Part shown: piece by piece, positions 19,408-29,186 of the stretch
Position numbering within the stretch: the first letter of the stretch is position 1
Layout of the letters: every line of letters begins with the position of its first letter
DNA from: a virus
Taxonomy: Duplodnaviria > Heunggongvirae > Uroviricota > Caudoviricetes
IMG/VR virus record: IMGVR_UViG_2684622772_000013
Strand: one strand, 5' to 3'
Length of the DNA: 47,721 bases
Position numbers and translations under genes: made by a program
Notes under the pieces: model-generated
Told to the model about the DNA's origin: nothing
The model's input: only the letters and a program-made list of their open reading frames with translations
Database searches by the model: none

Positions 19408-19623
19408 ATGAAATCCATGGACAAAATTTCAACAGGCATTGCCTACGGCACCTCCGCAGGCAGTGCTGGCTACTGGTTTTTACAGTTGCTCGATAGAGTA
19501 ACTCCGTCACAGTGGGCTGCAATCGGTGTGCTGGGTAGTCTGGTATTTGGCCTGCTGACGTACCTGACAAACCTTTATTTCAAGATTAAAGAAGATAAGC
19601 GCAAGGCTGCGAGAGGTGAATAA
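19408..19623 (+). CDS. Class II holin (S21-like pinholin), dual-start
   Basis: 71 aa, [29 protein letters not shown]...; two Met codons (M1, M4); GGAGGTGAGG ribosome-binding site; stop overlaps endolysin start. Confidence 0.85.
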   Translation: MKSMDKISTGIAYGTSAGSAGYWFLQLLDRVTPSQWAAIGVLGSLVFGLLTYLTNLYFKIKEDKRKAARGE

Positions 19624-20072
19624 TGCCTCCATCATTACGAAAAGTCGTTGCTGCTGCTATTGGTGGCGGAGCAATTGCTATAGCATCAGTGTTAATCACT
19701 GGCCCAAGTGGTAACGATGGTCTGGAAGGTGTCAGCTACATACCATACAAAGATATTGTTGGTGTATGGACTGTATGTCACGGGCATACAGGAAAAGACA
19801 TCATGCTCGGTAAAACGTATACCAAAGCAGAATGCAAAACACTCTTGAATAAAGACCTTGCCACTGTCGCCAGACAAATTAACCCGTACATCAAAGTCGA
19901 TATACCGGAAACAACGCGCGGCGCTCTTTACTCGTTCGTTTACAACGTGGGCGCTGGCAATTTCAGAACATCGACGCTTCTTCGCAAAATAAACCAGGGC
20001 TATATCAAAGGCGCATGTGATCAGCTACGTCGCTGGACATATGCTGGCGGTAAGCAATGGAAAGGTCTCATG
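19623..20072 (+). CDS. SAR endolysin (R21-like lysozyme), 3' end lost in gap
   Basis: N-terminal signal-anchor-release segment [27 protein letters not shown] then lysozyme region [24 protein letters not shown]; runs into N-gap at 20073. Confidence 0.85.
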
Positions 20073-20322
20073 NNNNNNNNNNNNNNNNNNNNNNNNNNNN
20101 NNNNNNNNNNNNNNNNNNNNNNNNNNNNNNNNNNNNNNNNNNNNNNNNNNNNNNNNNNNNNNNNNNNNNNNNNNNNNNNNNNNNNNNNNNNNNNNNNNNN
20201 NNNNNNNNNNNNNNNNNNNNNNNNNNNNNNNNNNNNNNNNNNNNNNNNNNNNNNNNNNNNNNNNNNNNNNNNNNNNNNNNNNNNNNNNNNNNNNNNNNNN
20301 NNNNNNNNNNNNNNNNNNNNNN
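20073..20322. other. Assembly gap (250 N)
   Basis: Run of N; truncates the endolysin 3' end and the Rz/Rz1 5' ends. Confidence 1.
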
Positions 20323-20505
20323 CGAAAGCTGAAAATGATGCTCTGCGTGATGATGTTGCCGCTGGTCGTCGTCGGTTGCACATCAAAGCAGTCTGTCAGT
20401 CAGTGCGTGAAGCCACCACCGCCTCCGGCGTGGATAATGCAGCCTCCCCCCGACTGGCAGACACCGCTGAACGGGATTATTTCACCCTCCGGGAACGACT
20501 GGTAA
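20323..20505 (+). CDS. Rz1 o-spanin lipoprotein embedded in Rz (+1 frame), 5' end lost in gap
   Basis: KLKMMLCVMMLPLVVVGCTSKQSVSQCVKPPPPPAWIMQPPPDWQTPLNGII, lipobox VVGC and Pro-rich segment, matches recalled Rz1. Confidence 0.8.
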   Translation, partial: RKLKMMLCVMMLPLVVVGCTSKQSVSQCVKPPPPPAWIMQPPPDWQTPLNGIISPSGNDW

Positions 20506-20564
20506 TGATGCAGGCCCAACTTGAAGGTGCTCAGCAATACATAACCGAGCAGTGTTTAAAGTAA
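20323..20564 (+). CDS. Rz i-spanin, 5' end lost in gap
   Basis: C-terminal sequence AENDALRDDVAAGRRRLHIKAVCQSVREATTASGVDNAASPRLADTAERDYFTLRERL matches recalled lambda Rz. Confidence 0.85.
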
Positions 20565-20701
20565 AATCTTAACTACAATATGATTCATTTTGATGATTGT
20601 TTCATAAGGAACAGTGAAGTAAGATCTAAGAGGAGTTAAATTTTATACAGTATAATCATAATATTGCAGCAAGGTGGTTATAATTGAAAGAATATTTAGA
20701 T

Positions 20702-22159
20702 ATGAATACATCTCATGTAAGAGTTGTTACTCATATGTGTGGGTTCCTGGTTTGGCTCTATAGTCTTTCAATGTTGCCACCAATGGTTGTAGCATTGTTT
20801 TATAAAGAAAAAAGCCTGTTCGTTTTCTTTATAACTTTCGTTATATTTTTTTGCATTGGTGGCGGAGCGTGGTATACAACTAAGAAATCTGGCATTCAAT
20901 TACGTACCCGTGATGGGTTTATTATAATTGTAATGTTTTGGATTTTGTTTTCTGTTATTAGTGCATTCCCTTTATGGATTGACTCAGAACTTAATTTAAC
21001 GTTCATTGATGCTCTGTTTGAAGGGGTTTCTGGAATAACAACAACAGGAGCAACTGTAATTGATGATGTTAGTTCATTACCTCGGGCATATTTGTACTAT
21101 CGGTCACAGTTAAATTTTATAGGTGGTTTAGGAGTTATTGTTCTGGCGGTTGCAGTATTGCCATTATTGGGTATTGGTGGTGCAAAGCTTTATCAGTCAG
21201 AAATGCCGGGGCCATTTAAGGATGACAAACTCACTCCCCGCCTGGCCGATACGTCACGGACACTGTGGATAACTTATTCTTTATTAGGTATTGCTTGTAT
21301 TGTCTGTTATAGACTTGCAGGAATGCCTTTGTTTGATGCTATTTGTCACGGGATTTCCACAGTTTCGCTTGGTGGTTTCTCAACTCATAGCGAGAGTATC
21401 GGATATTTTAATAACTATTTGGTTGAGCTGGTGGCTGGTTCTTTTTCCCTGCTATCGGCTTTCAACTTCACTCTTTGGTATATTGTTATTAGCAGAAAAA
21501 CGATAAAACCTTTAATCAGAGATATTGAACTTCGTTTCTTTCTGTTAATAGCCTTAGGGGTGATCATTGTTACCTCTTTCCAGGTCTGGCATATAGGTAT
21601 GTATGACTTGCATGGAAGTTTTATTCATTCGTTTTTTCTTGCCAGCTCCATGCTCACTGATAATGGTTTAGCTACGCAGGATTATGCAAACTGGCCCACG
21701 CACACGATAGTGTTTTTGCTGTTGTCAAGTTTCTTTGGGGGATGTATAGGTTCAACCTGTGGTGGAATTAAGTCACTTCGATTTCTTATACTTTTCAAAC
21801 AAAGCAAACACGAGATAAATCAGCTTTCTCATCCCAGAGCGTTGTTGAGTGTAAATGTAGGAGGGAAGATAGTTACAGATCGTGTAATGAGGTCTGTATG
21901 GAGTTTCTTTTTTCTTTATACTCTCTTCACGGTGTTTTTTATACTGGTGTTAAATGGTATGGGATATGATTTTCTTACATCATTTGCAACAGTGGCTGCA
22001 TGTATTAATAATATGGGATTAGGTTTTGGGGCTACTGCATCGTCATTCGGAGTGCTTAATGACATTGCAAAATATTTAATGTGCATAGCTATGATTCTTG
22101 GTCGCCTTGAAATTTATCCTGTTATTATATTGTTTTCAGGTTTTTTTTGGCGCTCCTAA
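20702..22159 (+). CDS. trkG: TrkG potassium uptake protein (prophage moron)
   Basis: Track ORF trimmed to MNTSHVRVVTHMCGFLVWLYSLSMLPP (485 aa), matching recalled TrkG; multi-pass membrane protein; AT-rich relative to flanks. Confidence 0.92.
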   Translation: MNTSHVRVVTHMCGFLVWLYSLSMLPPMVVALFYKEKSLFVFFITFVIFFCIGGGAWYTTKKSGIQLRTRDGFIIIVMFWILFSVISAFPLWIDSELNLTFIDALFEGVSGITTTGATVIDDVSSLPRAYLYYRSQLNFIGGLGVIVLAVAVLPLLGIGGAKLYQSEMPGPFKDDKLTPRLADTSRTLWITYSLLGIACIVCYRLAGMPLFDAICHGISTVSLGGFSTHSESIGYFNNYLVELVAGSFSLLSAFNFTLWYIVISRKTIKPLIRDIELRFFLLIALGVIIVTSFQVWHIGMYDLHGSFIHSFFLASSMLTDNGLATQDYANWPTHTIVFLLLSSFFGGCIGSTCGGIKSLRFLILFKQSKHEINQLSHPRALLSVNVGGKIVTDRVMRSVWSFFFLYTLFTVFFILVLNGMGYDFLTSFATVAACINNMGLGFGATASSFGVLNDIAKYLMCIAMILGRLEIYPVIILFSGFFWRS

Positions 22160-22296
22160 TATATGGCTGATTTATAATTGTGAGTTTAATATTATGTTGA
22201 CTCACTCATTGATCCAATACCTAACTTTACCAGCAACACCTCCGCCCCCAGTAGCACTGGCTGCTGGGGTGCGTTTTATTCATAAAGCAAGGCTGT

Positions 22297-23085
22297 ATGA
22301 GCGAGAAATTAAAGATAGTCTATCGCCCATTACAAGAATTGTCACCGTATGCGCACAACGCCAGGACGCACAGTACTGAGCAGGTGGCACAACTGGTAGA
22401 AAGTATTAAGCAATTCGGCTGGACTAATCCGGTGCTGATTGACGAAAAGGGCGAAATTATTGCGGGTCACGGTCGTGTTATGGCGGCTGAAATGCTCAAA
22501 ATGGATTCTGTTCCGGTCATTGTTCTGTCTGGCCTGACGGATGAGCAGAAAAAGGCGTACCGCCTGGCAGATAATCGCCTGCCGATGAATGCTGGCTGGG
22601 ATGAAGATCTGTTGCGGATGGAGCTGTCGGACCTAATCAATGCTGATTTTGATGTCTCCCTGACAGGCTTCATCCCGGCAGAAATTGATGAACTGTTGAC
22701 GGATGTTTTGCCCGGTACAGGAAATGAGGAGGAGCCGTATACGACGAAAATTGATACGCCTGTTTATGAGCCGTCAGGCGGTAAACCGGATATCAGTGAA
22801 CTGTACGACGATACGAAAACTCAGGAGCTGATCAGCCGGATACGTTCGGCGTCCCTTGATCCTGATATTGAGAAATTCCTCCTGTGTGCAGCAGAACGTC
22901 ACACGGTGTTTAATTTCAGCAGAATTGCGGACTATTACGCTCATGCCCCCGCTGAAATTCAGTGCCTTTTCGAGGAGTCGGCGCTGGTGATCATTGATTA
23001 TCAGCAGGCTATTGAAAATGGATTTGTCCGAATGACGCAGCGCATGGTGGAGATCATGCATGGCGGGGAGGAGGAATATGCGTGA
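22297..23085 (+). CDS. ParB N-terminal domain (ParB/sulfiredoxin-like) protein
   Basis: N-terminal KIVYRPLQELSPYAHNARTH...NPVLIDEKGEIIAGHGRVMAAEM resembles the ParB box region; 262 aa with unassigned C-terminal half. Confidence 0.65.
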   Translation: MSEKLKIVYRPLQELSPYAHNARTHSTEQVAQLVESIKQFGWTNPVLIDEKGEIIAGHGRVMAAEMLKMDSVPVIVLSGLTDEQKKAYRLADNRLPMNAGWDEDLLRMELSDLINADFDVSLTGFIPAEIDELLTDVLPGTGNEEEPYTTKIDTPVYEPSGGKPDISELYDDTKTQELISRIRSASLDPDIEKFLLCAAERHTVFNFSRIADYYAHAPAEIQCLFEESALVIIDYQQAIENGFVRMTQRMVEIMHGGEEEYA

Positions 23086-24010
23086 TGATTTTTGCGCCTT
23101 TATTCTGACTCACGGGCGACCGGACAAAGTTCTGACTTACCGGACGTTGCGTCGTGCTGGCTATACCGGGAAAATTTTTATCGTTGTTGATGATGAAGAT
23201 AAGACACGGCATCAGTACATGGCTGAATTTGGTGAACAGGTGCTGGTATTTTCCAAAGCCGATATTGCTAGTCGTTTTGACGAAGCCGATAATTTTAGTG
23301 ACCGCCGCTCAATTTTTTACGCCCGTAATGCCTGTTTCGACCAGGCAAAACTGGTCGGGTGTAAATACTTCATTCAGCTCGATGATGATTATCACGAGTT
23401 CCAGTTTCGGGTGGATCGCAACTATGACCAGGCCTATTTCCCGATAAGGAAACTGGATGAGATCCTTTCTGAAATGCTTGCGTACTACGAATCAATACCT
23501 GCTCTTTCCATCGCTATGTCGCAGGGCGGGGATTTTCTTGGTGACAATGGCGGCCATGCTTCGTGGGTGAAACGCAAGGCAATGAACAGCTTTATCTGTT
23601 CGGTTGATCGACCGTTCTCATTCATGGGGCGCATTAACGAGGATGTGAATACGTACACGAATCTCGGTCGCTGTGGTGAATTGTTTATGACGATCGGTGC
23701 TGTCCAGTTAGGGCAGAAACAGACGCAGAAAAACAGCGGCGGAATGACCGAGCTGTATCTGGATTCCGGAACCTACGTTAAAAGTTTTTACTCCGTCATG
23801 TATGCGCCGTCGTGCGTAAAAATCTCACTTATGGGTGCCAGTCATAAACGCATTCACCATCAGGTCACCTGGAACAACGCTGCAGTAAAAATCCTTCACG
23901 AAAAATACAGGAAGAAGACACCCTGCATATCAATGGGGGTGACAAATGATTCCGTATTCGAAAGTCGAGTCTCTGGCAGCGTGCCGGATGACTGCACAAC
24001 AAATCGCTGA
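23078..24010 (+). CDS. Putative GT-A-fold glycosyltransferase-like protein
   Basis: Start chosen at second ATG with GGAGG ribosome-binding site, overlapping the upstream stop; AFILTHGRPDKVL...KIFIVVDDEDK and a DxD-like QLDDDY motif. Confidence 0.4.
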   Translation: MRDDFCAFILTHGRPDKVLTYRTLRRAGYTGKIFIVVDDEDKTRHQYMAEFGEQVLVFSKADIASRFDEADNFSDRRSIFYARNACFDQAKLVGCKYFIQLDDDYHEFQFRVDRNYDQAYFPIRKLDEILSEMLAYYESIPALSIAMSQGGDFLGDNGGHASWVKRKAMNSFICSVDRPFSFMGRINEDVNTYTNLGRCGELFMTIGAVQLGQKQTQKNSGGMTELYLDSGTYVKSFYSVMYAPSCVKISLMGASHKRIHHQVTWNNAAVKILHEKYRKKTPCISMGVTNDSVFESRVSGSVPDDCTTNR

Positions 24011-24197
24011 CGTTCTGGATGTTGATCTGAACCGACTGAAAGAAAATCGGGAAGCAATGACAGATTTTTATGCGGCCATCCGTAAGGGCAGAGCGAAAGG
24101 TGAAGCCGAGTTACGAGCGGCATTGTTTAAGCTTGCCAGAAAAGGGGATGCCTTTGCTCTGCGCGAACTACTCAGGGTGGATAAAAATCAGGACTAA
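23988..24197 (+). CDS. Small putative DNA-binding protein upstream of terminase
   Basis: 69 aa from internal ATG (MTAQQIADVLDVDLNRLKENREAM...); overlaps the upstream gene end. Confidence 0.45.
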   Translation: MTAQQIADVLDVDLNRLKENREAMTDFYAAIRKGRAKGEAELRAALFKLARKGDAFALRELLRVDKNQD

Positions 24198-24200
24198 CTG

Positions 24201-25295
24201 ATGAGCAGACCGGACTGGGGGGCGTTGCAGCAGGAGTATATTGCTGAATACACCCGCTCCGGTATATCTCCGGTGGCATGGTGTGAAGCAAGGGGACTGA
24301 ATTACGCAACAGCCCGTCGTTACATCAAAAAAACTCCGAAAAATGCGCAGACAGAAATGTGCAAAACTGCGCAAAAAAGTGCGCAGAAAAAATCTGCGCA
24401 GACTGCACAAAAGCGGAACGAAAAATCTCAGGAAAAAAAGCCAGTATTCGATGCGGGCCTGAATGAGGGCGACGCGGAGGAATTTTCGTTCTGTCCCGAT
24501 GAATTCGGCATTTCTGACCAGCAGGCTAAGTTTGCGATGCTTGTTGCTCAGGGTAAAAAGCCGACAGAGGCGTACCGACTAGCCGGTTATGAGGGGCAAG
24601 GTGCGACAGCTAACAGCAACGCCAGTCGTATGCTTAGAAATGCCAGGGTTTTTCGCGCTATCAGCTACTTCCGCAATCAGTACCAGAAACGCTATACCGC
24701 AGACCTGGATTTACTAGTGAGTCAGTTGATGGCTATTGTCCTGGCCGACCCCAATCAGCTTGCACAATTTCGCCGTGTTAACTGCCGTTATTGCTGGGGC
24801 GAGAATCATCTCTACCAGTGGCGCGATATAGCAGAATTCGACAAGGCAGCGGCGCAGGCTTCCAGAGATGGCAAACCCGAACCGGAATATGGAGGCCTCG
24901 GCTTTGTTGATAACGCCATACCCAATCCGGACTGCCCGAAGTGCTGCGGTGAGGGAACGGGACAGCTTTATATGGCTGATACCACTCTGCTTGATGGGGA
25001 TGCGCGGCAATTATATGCAGGGGCAAAATTCGGAAAATTCGGCGTTGAGATCCTGCTGGAGGATAAGGCTGCCGCCCGGCGTGAATTGTTGCGTTTGTTT
25101 TCTGCTGGCGGGGCTTTATGTGCAGATAAGCGGCTACGGGAACTGGAAATTGAACGGCGCAGAATGGAAAACCAGAAGCTGCGCAAAGAGATCGAAACGG
25201 TGGAAGATAATGAACATCCCCAGCCTGTGGCGATCAATATTAATGTGGTTGATGCCAGAGTAAGGAGTGATGAAGATGATCTCTCCGACGCTTAA
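24201..25295 (+). CDS. Terminase small subunit-like protein
   Basis: Segment QQAKFAMLVAQGKKPTEAYRLAGY...NASRMLRNARVFRAI typical of small terminases; C-terminal Cys cluster (CRYC...CPKCC); immediately upstream of the large terminase. Confidence 0.65.
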   Translation: MSRPDWGALQQEYIAEYTRSGISPVAWCEARGLNYATARRYIKKTPKNAQTEMCKTAQKSAQKKSAQTAQKRNEKSQEKKPVFDAGLNEGDAEEFSFCPDEFGISDQQAKFAMLVAQGKKPTEAYRLAGYEGQGATANSNASRMLRNARVFRAISYFRNQYQKRYTADLDLLVSQLMAIVLADPNQLAQFRRVNCRYCWGENHLYQWRDIAEFDKAAAQASRDGKPEPEYGGLGFVDNAIPNPDCPKCCGEGTGQLYMADTTLLDGDARQLYAGAKFGKFGVEILLEDKAAARRELLRLFSAGGALCADKRLRELEIERRRMENQKLRKEIETVEDNEHPQPVAININVVDARVRSDEDDLSDA

Positions 25296-26577
25296 TGTGC
25301 CTCAGGCGCGATTTCTTTCAATGCCCCATAAATTTAAAGCCTATATTGCTGGTTTTGGCTCGGGCAAAACATGGGTTGGGTGTGGCGGCATATGCAAGGG
25401 GATTTGGGAGCATCCAGGTATAAATCAGGGATATTTTGCGCCAACGTATCCCCAAATTCGCGATATTTTTTACCCTACAGTGGAAGAAGTTGCTGCTGAC
25501 TGGGGATTGAACGTAAAAATTAATGAGGGAAATAAAGAGGTTCACTTTTATTACGGACGCCAGTATCGGGGAACCACTATCTGCAGATCGATGGAGAAGC
25601 CACAAACGATCGTCGGTTTCAAAATTGGTAATGCGTTGGTGGATGAACTGGACATTTTGCCGAAGGAAAAAGCCAGAACGGCGTGGCGCAAGATAATTGC
25701 ACGTATGCGTTATAAGATTGATGGACTTCGCAACGGTATTGACGTTACAACCACGCCGGAAGGATTCAAATTTGTCTACGAGCAGTTTGTTAAAGCCGTG
25801 CGTGAAAAAACAGAGCTGGCCTCACTGTATGGTCTGGTGCAGGCATCTACTTTCGATAATGAAAAGAACCTGCCAGCAGATTACATTCCTTCGCTTCTTG
25901 AATCATACCCTCCAGAGCTGATTAAAGCCTATCTTCGAGGACAGTTTACTAACCTGACAAGTGGTACTGTTTACCATCAGTTTGACCGGAAACTGAATAA
26001 TTGCGAAGAAGTGGAGCAGCCAGGGGAGCCGATTTATATTGGGATGGATTTTAACGTTGGAAAGATGGCGGGAATCGTCCATGTGCTGCGTTTGGGGCTT
26101 CCATGTGCGGTAACTGAAATCATCAATGCCTACGATACGCCGGATATGATCCGCATCATTAAAGAACGCTTCTGGCTGTATGATGGGAATGATTACCGGA
26201 AAGTGAGGGAAATTTATATTTATCCAGATGCTTCCGGGGATTCCAGAAAATCAAGTAACGCAAGTACGACGGATATAGCCCAGCTTAAGCAGGCTGGTTT
26301 TAACGTTGTGGTGAACAGCTCGAACCCGCCAGTAAAAGATCGCGTTAACTCAATGAATGCAATGTTCTGCAATGCCAATGGTGAGCGTCGCTATAAAGTT
26401 AATGTGAAGCGTTGCCCGTTATATGCCGAATCTCTGGAGCAACAGGTCTGGGATGAGAAGGGGGAGCCTGATAAAAAATCTGGCAATGATCACCCGAATG
26501 ATGCCGGAGGTTATTTCATCGTTAAGCAATTCCCTATTGTCAAACCGACCGGAAGAGTCACATCACTTCGGATTTAA
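25276..26577 (+). CDS. Terminase large subunit
   Basis: Walker A IAGFGSGKTW near N-terminus; start placed at ATG 8 nt after AAGGAG (alternatives at 25267 GTG and 25270 ATG). Confidence 0.85.
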   Translation: MISPTLNVPQARFLSMPHKFKAYIAGFGSGKTWVGCGGICKGIWEHPGINQGYFAPTYPQIRDIFYPTVEEVAADWGLNVKINEGNKEVHFYYGRQYRGTTICRSMEKPQTIVGFKIGNALVDELDILPKEKARTAWRKIIARMRYKIDGLRNGIDVTTTPEGFKFVYEQFVKAVREKTELASLYGLVQASTFDNEKNLPADYIPSLLESYPPELIKAYLRGQFTNLTSGTVYHQFDRKLNNCEEVEQPGEPIYIGMDFNVGKMAGIVHVLRLGLPCAVTEIINAYDTPDMIRIIKERFWLYDGNDYRKVREIYIYPDASGDSRKSSNASTTDIAQLKQAGFNVVVNSSNPPVKDRVNSMNAMFCNANGERRYKVNVKRCPLYAESLEQQVWDEKGEPDKKSGNDHPNDAGGYFIVKQFPIVKPTGRVTSLRI

Positions 26578-26579
26578 TT

Positions 26580-27986
26580 ATGGCTGATATATCAACACCC
26601 AACCTCGACTATAACGATATGCTGGAGGCGTGGGATATTAACGACGCACTGATGGGCGGTACGCTTGAAATGCGCAGGCAGGGGGAAAATTATCTCCCAA
26701 AATGGCCTAACGAAGATGAAGACGCTTATAAAAAACGCCTGTCTGTGGCTACGCTACTTCCTGTGTATGAAGAAAGCATCAAGCAAAATATTGGGCGCAT
26801 ATTTGCAGAGCCGACAGTATTGAGTGAGGAAACGCCGGCAAAAATCAGGGAATATGCAGAAAATATCGACATGGAGGGGAGCCGACTGGATGTGTGGGCG
26901 CAGCAATTTTTCAGCCTCGCATTTCAGTATGGTGTGGCACATGCGCTGGTGGACTATCCACGAACGGATATGAAAGAGATTCGGACAAAAGCCGATGAAA
27001 ACGCGACCGGTGGTCGTCCGTACGTTACGATGCTGAATCCACGCCAGGTTATTGGATGGAAATCGAAAGTTGAAAAAGGGAAAGTTGTTCTCACTGATTT
27101 GCGTATAAAAGAGGTCATCATTATTGATGGTGATGATTTCGGGCAGAAGAAGGTGGAGCAGATCCGCCATATTATGCCCCGTCGAGTTGAAATTTATCGA
27201 CGTAGCGAAGGCACTAATGGCGAATCTGTCTGGACGCTTCATGAGTCATGGAATACCAGCCGTGATGATATTCCTCTGGTAACACTGTACACGAAGAAAA
27301 CAGGATTTATGCGTGGTACACCGCCATTGCTTAATCTTGGCTTGCTGAATATCAAGCACTGGCAAAGCCAGAGCGAGCAGGACAATATTCTTCATGTTGC
27401 CCGCGTTCCATTGCTGGTGGCCTACGGGCTGGACAGGAATGAAGAACTGACGGTTGGTGCATCCACCGCTACGATTTTTGAGGACAGAACAAAAAATGGC
27501 CTCGAATATGTTGAACATAGTGGCGCAGCGATAGAATCTGGCGAAACATCACTTGAGAAGCTGGAAAATCAGATGCGTCATGCCGGCGCTAAACTTCTGC
27601 GTGCTGAAAATACATCCACCAAATCTGTTGATCAGACTAATGAAGAGCGAATGCAGGAAAACTCGCCGCTTTATACAATGGCGAACTCCCTCGAAGATGC
27701 CCTCGATAATATTCTCCAGATAATGGCGGAATGGATCGGAGAGAGTTGCGGTGGCAATGTGGATGTGCGCACTGAACTGGATGTATCTGCCCAGGTGTTT
27801 GACTCATCCTCCGCGCTGGCTGTTCAGTCATTGCGTCAGGGCGGTGATATACGTCAGATTGATGCGGTTCGGGTGTTGCAGGCGTTGAAATTTATCGATC
27901 AGGATTCCCGTCCAGAGGAAGTGATCGATGAATTAAAAAATCAGAGTGTAATGCTGATGGAAATCAATGATGCAAACCGTGAATGA
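26580..27986 (+). CDS. Portal protein
   Basis: 468-aa ORF between the large terminase and a Mu-F-like head morphogenesis gene. Confidence 0.7.
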   Translation: MADISTPNLDYNDMLEAWDINDALMGGTLEMRRQGENYLPKWPNEDEDAYKKRLSVATLLPVYEESIKQNIGRIFAEPTVLSEETPAKIREYAENIDMEGSRLDVWAQQFFSLAFQYGVAHALVDYPRTDMKEIRTKADENATGGRPYVTMLNPRQVIGWKSKVEKGKVVLTDLRIKEVIIIDGDDFGQKKVEQIRHIMPRRVEIYRRSEGTNGESVWTLHESWNTSRDDIPLVTLYTKKTGFMRGTPPLLNLGLLNIKHWQSQSEQDNILHVARVPLLVAYGLDRNEELTVGASTATIFEDRTKNGLEYVEHSGAAIESGETSLEKLENQMRHAGAKLLRAENTSTKSVDQTNEERMQENSPLYTMANSLEDALDNILQIMAEWIGESCGGNVDVRTELDVSAQVFDSSSALAVQSLRQGGDIRQIDAVRVLQALKFIDQDSRPEEVIDELKNQSVMLMEINDANRE

Positions 27987-29082
27987 ACGGCTGCGTGATG
28001 AATCAATTGCTCATGCAGTCTGGATATCCCGCTATAGCACTGGCGTGGCTGCCAGAATGGTGAAAATACTGAATGACAGCGATGCGGAACTTACTGCTCG
28101 CCTGCTGATAGCACTGGACAGCCTCGATCCAGGTAGTTTTACCGTTAAGCGCCTGGAGTCACTTCTGGCGAGCGTCAGAGAGGTTAACCGCACTGCTATT
28201 AACAGCATGTTTACCAGTCTCTCCGGAGAGCTGAACGAGCTGGCAATTTATGAGGCTGGTTATCAGTTAAGTCTGTTTGATTCTATGCTACCTGATTTTG
28301 TTGCTGATGTTCACCCTCTGGTTGGTATCTCTCCTGATGCACTTTATGCCGCTGCAATGGCGCGACCATTCCAGGGACGACTGCTCAGTGAGTGGGCCTC
28401 AGATCTTGAGGCGGATCGGCTCAGACGCATAACAAATACAGTGCGTCAGGGTTTTTTGCTGGGGGATACCAATGAGCAGATCGCAAGAAAAATTCGGGGA
28501 CATGTCAGTAAGGGATTTCAGGATGGTGCATTGCAGATGAGCCGGGCTAATGCGGCCAGCATTGCAAAAACAGCGGTTGGACATCTTGCTGCTACTGCCC
28601 GTGAGAGTTTTGCCAGCGCGAATAATGATTTGATTAAGGGTAAGCAATGGTTATCAACGCTTGATAATCGTACTACGCCACAATGTCGAATCAGGGATCG
28701 CCTCAAATATACGCTGAATAATAAACCTGTAGGTCACAGCGTGCCTTATTTGCAGGGGCCGGGAAAAATTCATTTCTGCTGCCGCTCAACGGAAACGTTC
28801 ATTCTGAAATCAGCGAAGGAACTGGGTATTGATGTTCGCGATATTTCCCCGGCTGAGCGGGCCAGCATGGATGGCGTGGTGGCCGGAGATACAACCTACA
28901 GGGAATGGTTTTTGCGTCAGCCTTACACCAGACAAAAACAGATTGTGGGGGAAAGCCGAGCAAAGCTGATTCGGGATGGTGGTATGTCGCCAGATGAATT
29001 TTACACCGATAAAGGCGAATGGCTGACGCTGAAGCAGCTCCGTGAGCGTGATGCACAGGTATTCAGAAAAGCAGGGATTTAA
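27967..29082 (+). CDS. Head morphogenesis protein (Mu F / SPP1 gp7-like)
   Basis: 371 aa downstream of portal with overlapping start; composition and position typical of the Mu-F family. Confidence 0.6.
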   Translation: MMQTVNERLRDESIAHAVWISRYSTGVAARMVKILNDSDAELTARLLIALDSLDPGSFTVKRLESLLASVREVNRTAINSMFTSLSGELNELAIYEAGYQLSLFDSMLPDFVADVHPLVGISPDALYAAAMARPFQGRLLSEWASDLEADRLRRITNTVRQGFLLGDTNEQIARKIRGHVSKGFQDGALQMSRANAASIAKTAVGHLAATARESFASANNDLIKGKQWLSTLDNRTTPQCRIRDRLKYTLNNKPVGHSVPYLQGPGKIHFCCRSTETFILKSAKELGIDVRDISPAERASMDGVVAGDTTYREWFLRQPYTRQKQIVGESRAKLIRDGGMSPDEFYTDKGEWLTLKQLRERDAQVFRKAGI

Positions 29083-29101
29083 ATAAATCATTTATTACAA
29101 C

Positions 29102-29128
29102 AGGCTACCTTCGGGTGGCCTTTTTTAT
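29102..29128 (+). terminator. Intrinsic terminator-like hairpin
   Basis: AGGCTACC-TTCG-GGTGGCCT followed by TTTTTTATT. Confidence 0.55.
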
Positions 29129-29186
29129 TGCTGCGATCCGGATGGTGAGCAGCGTAACTGTCGGAAGACTTAAACCAGGTACTAAT

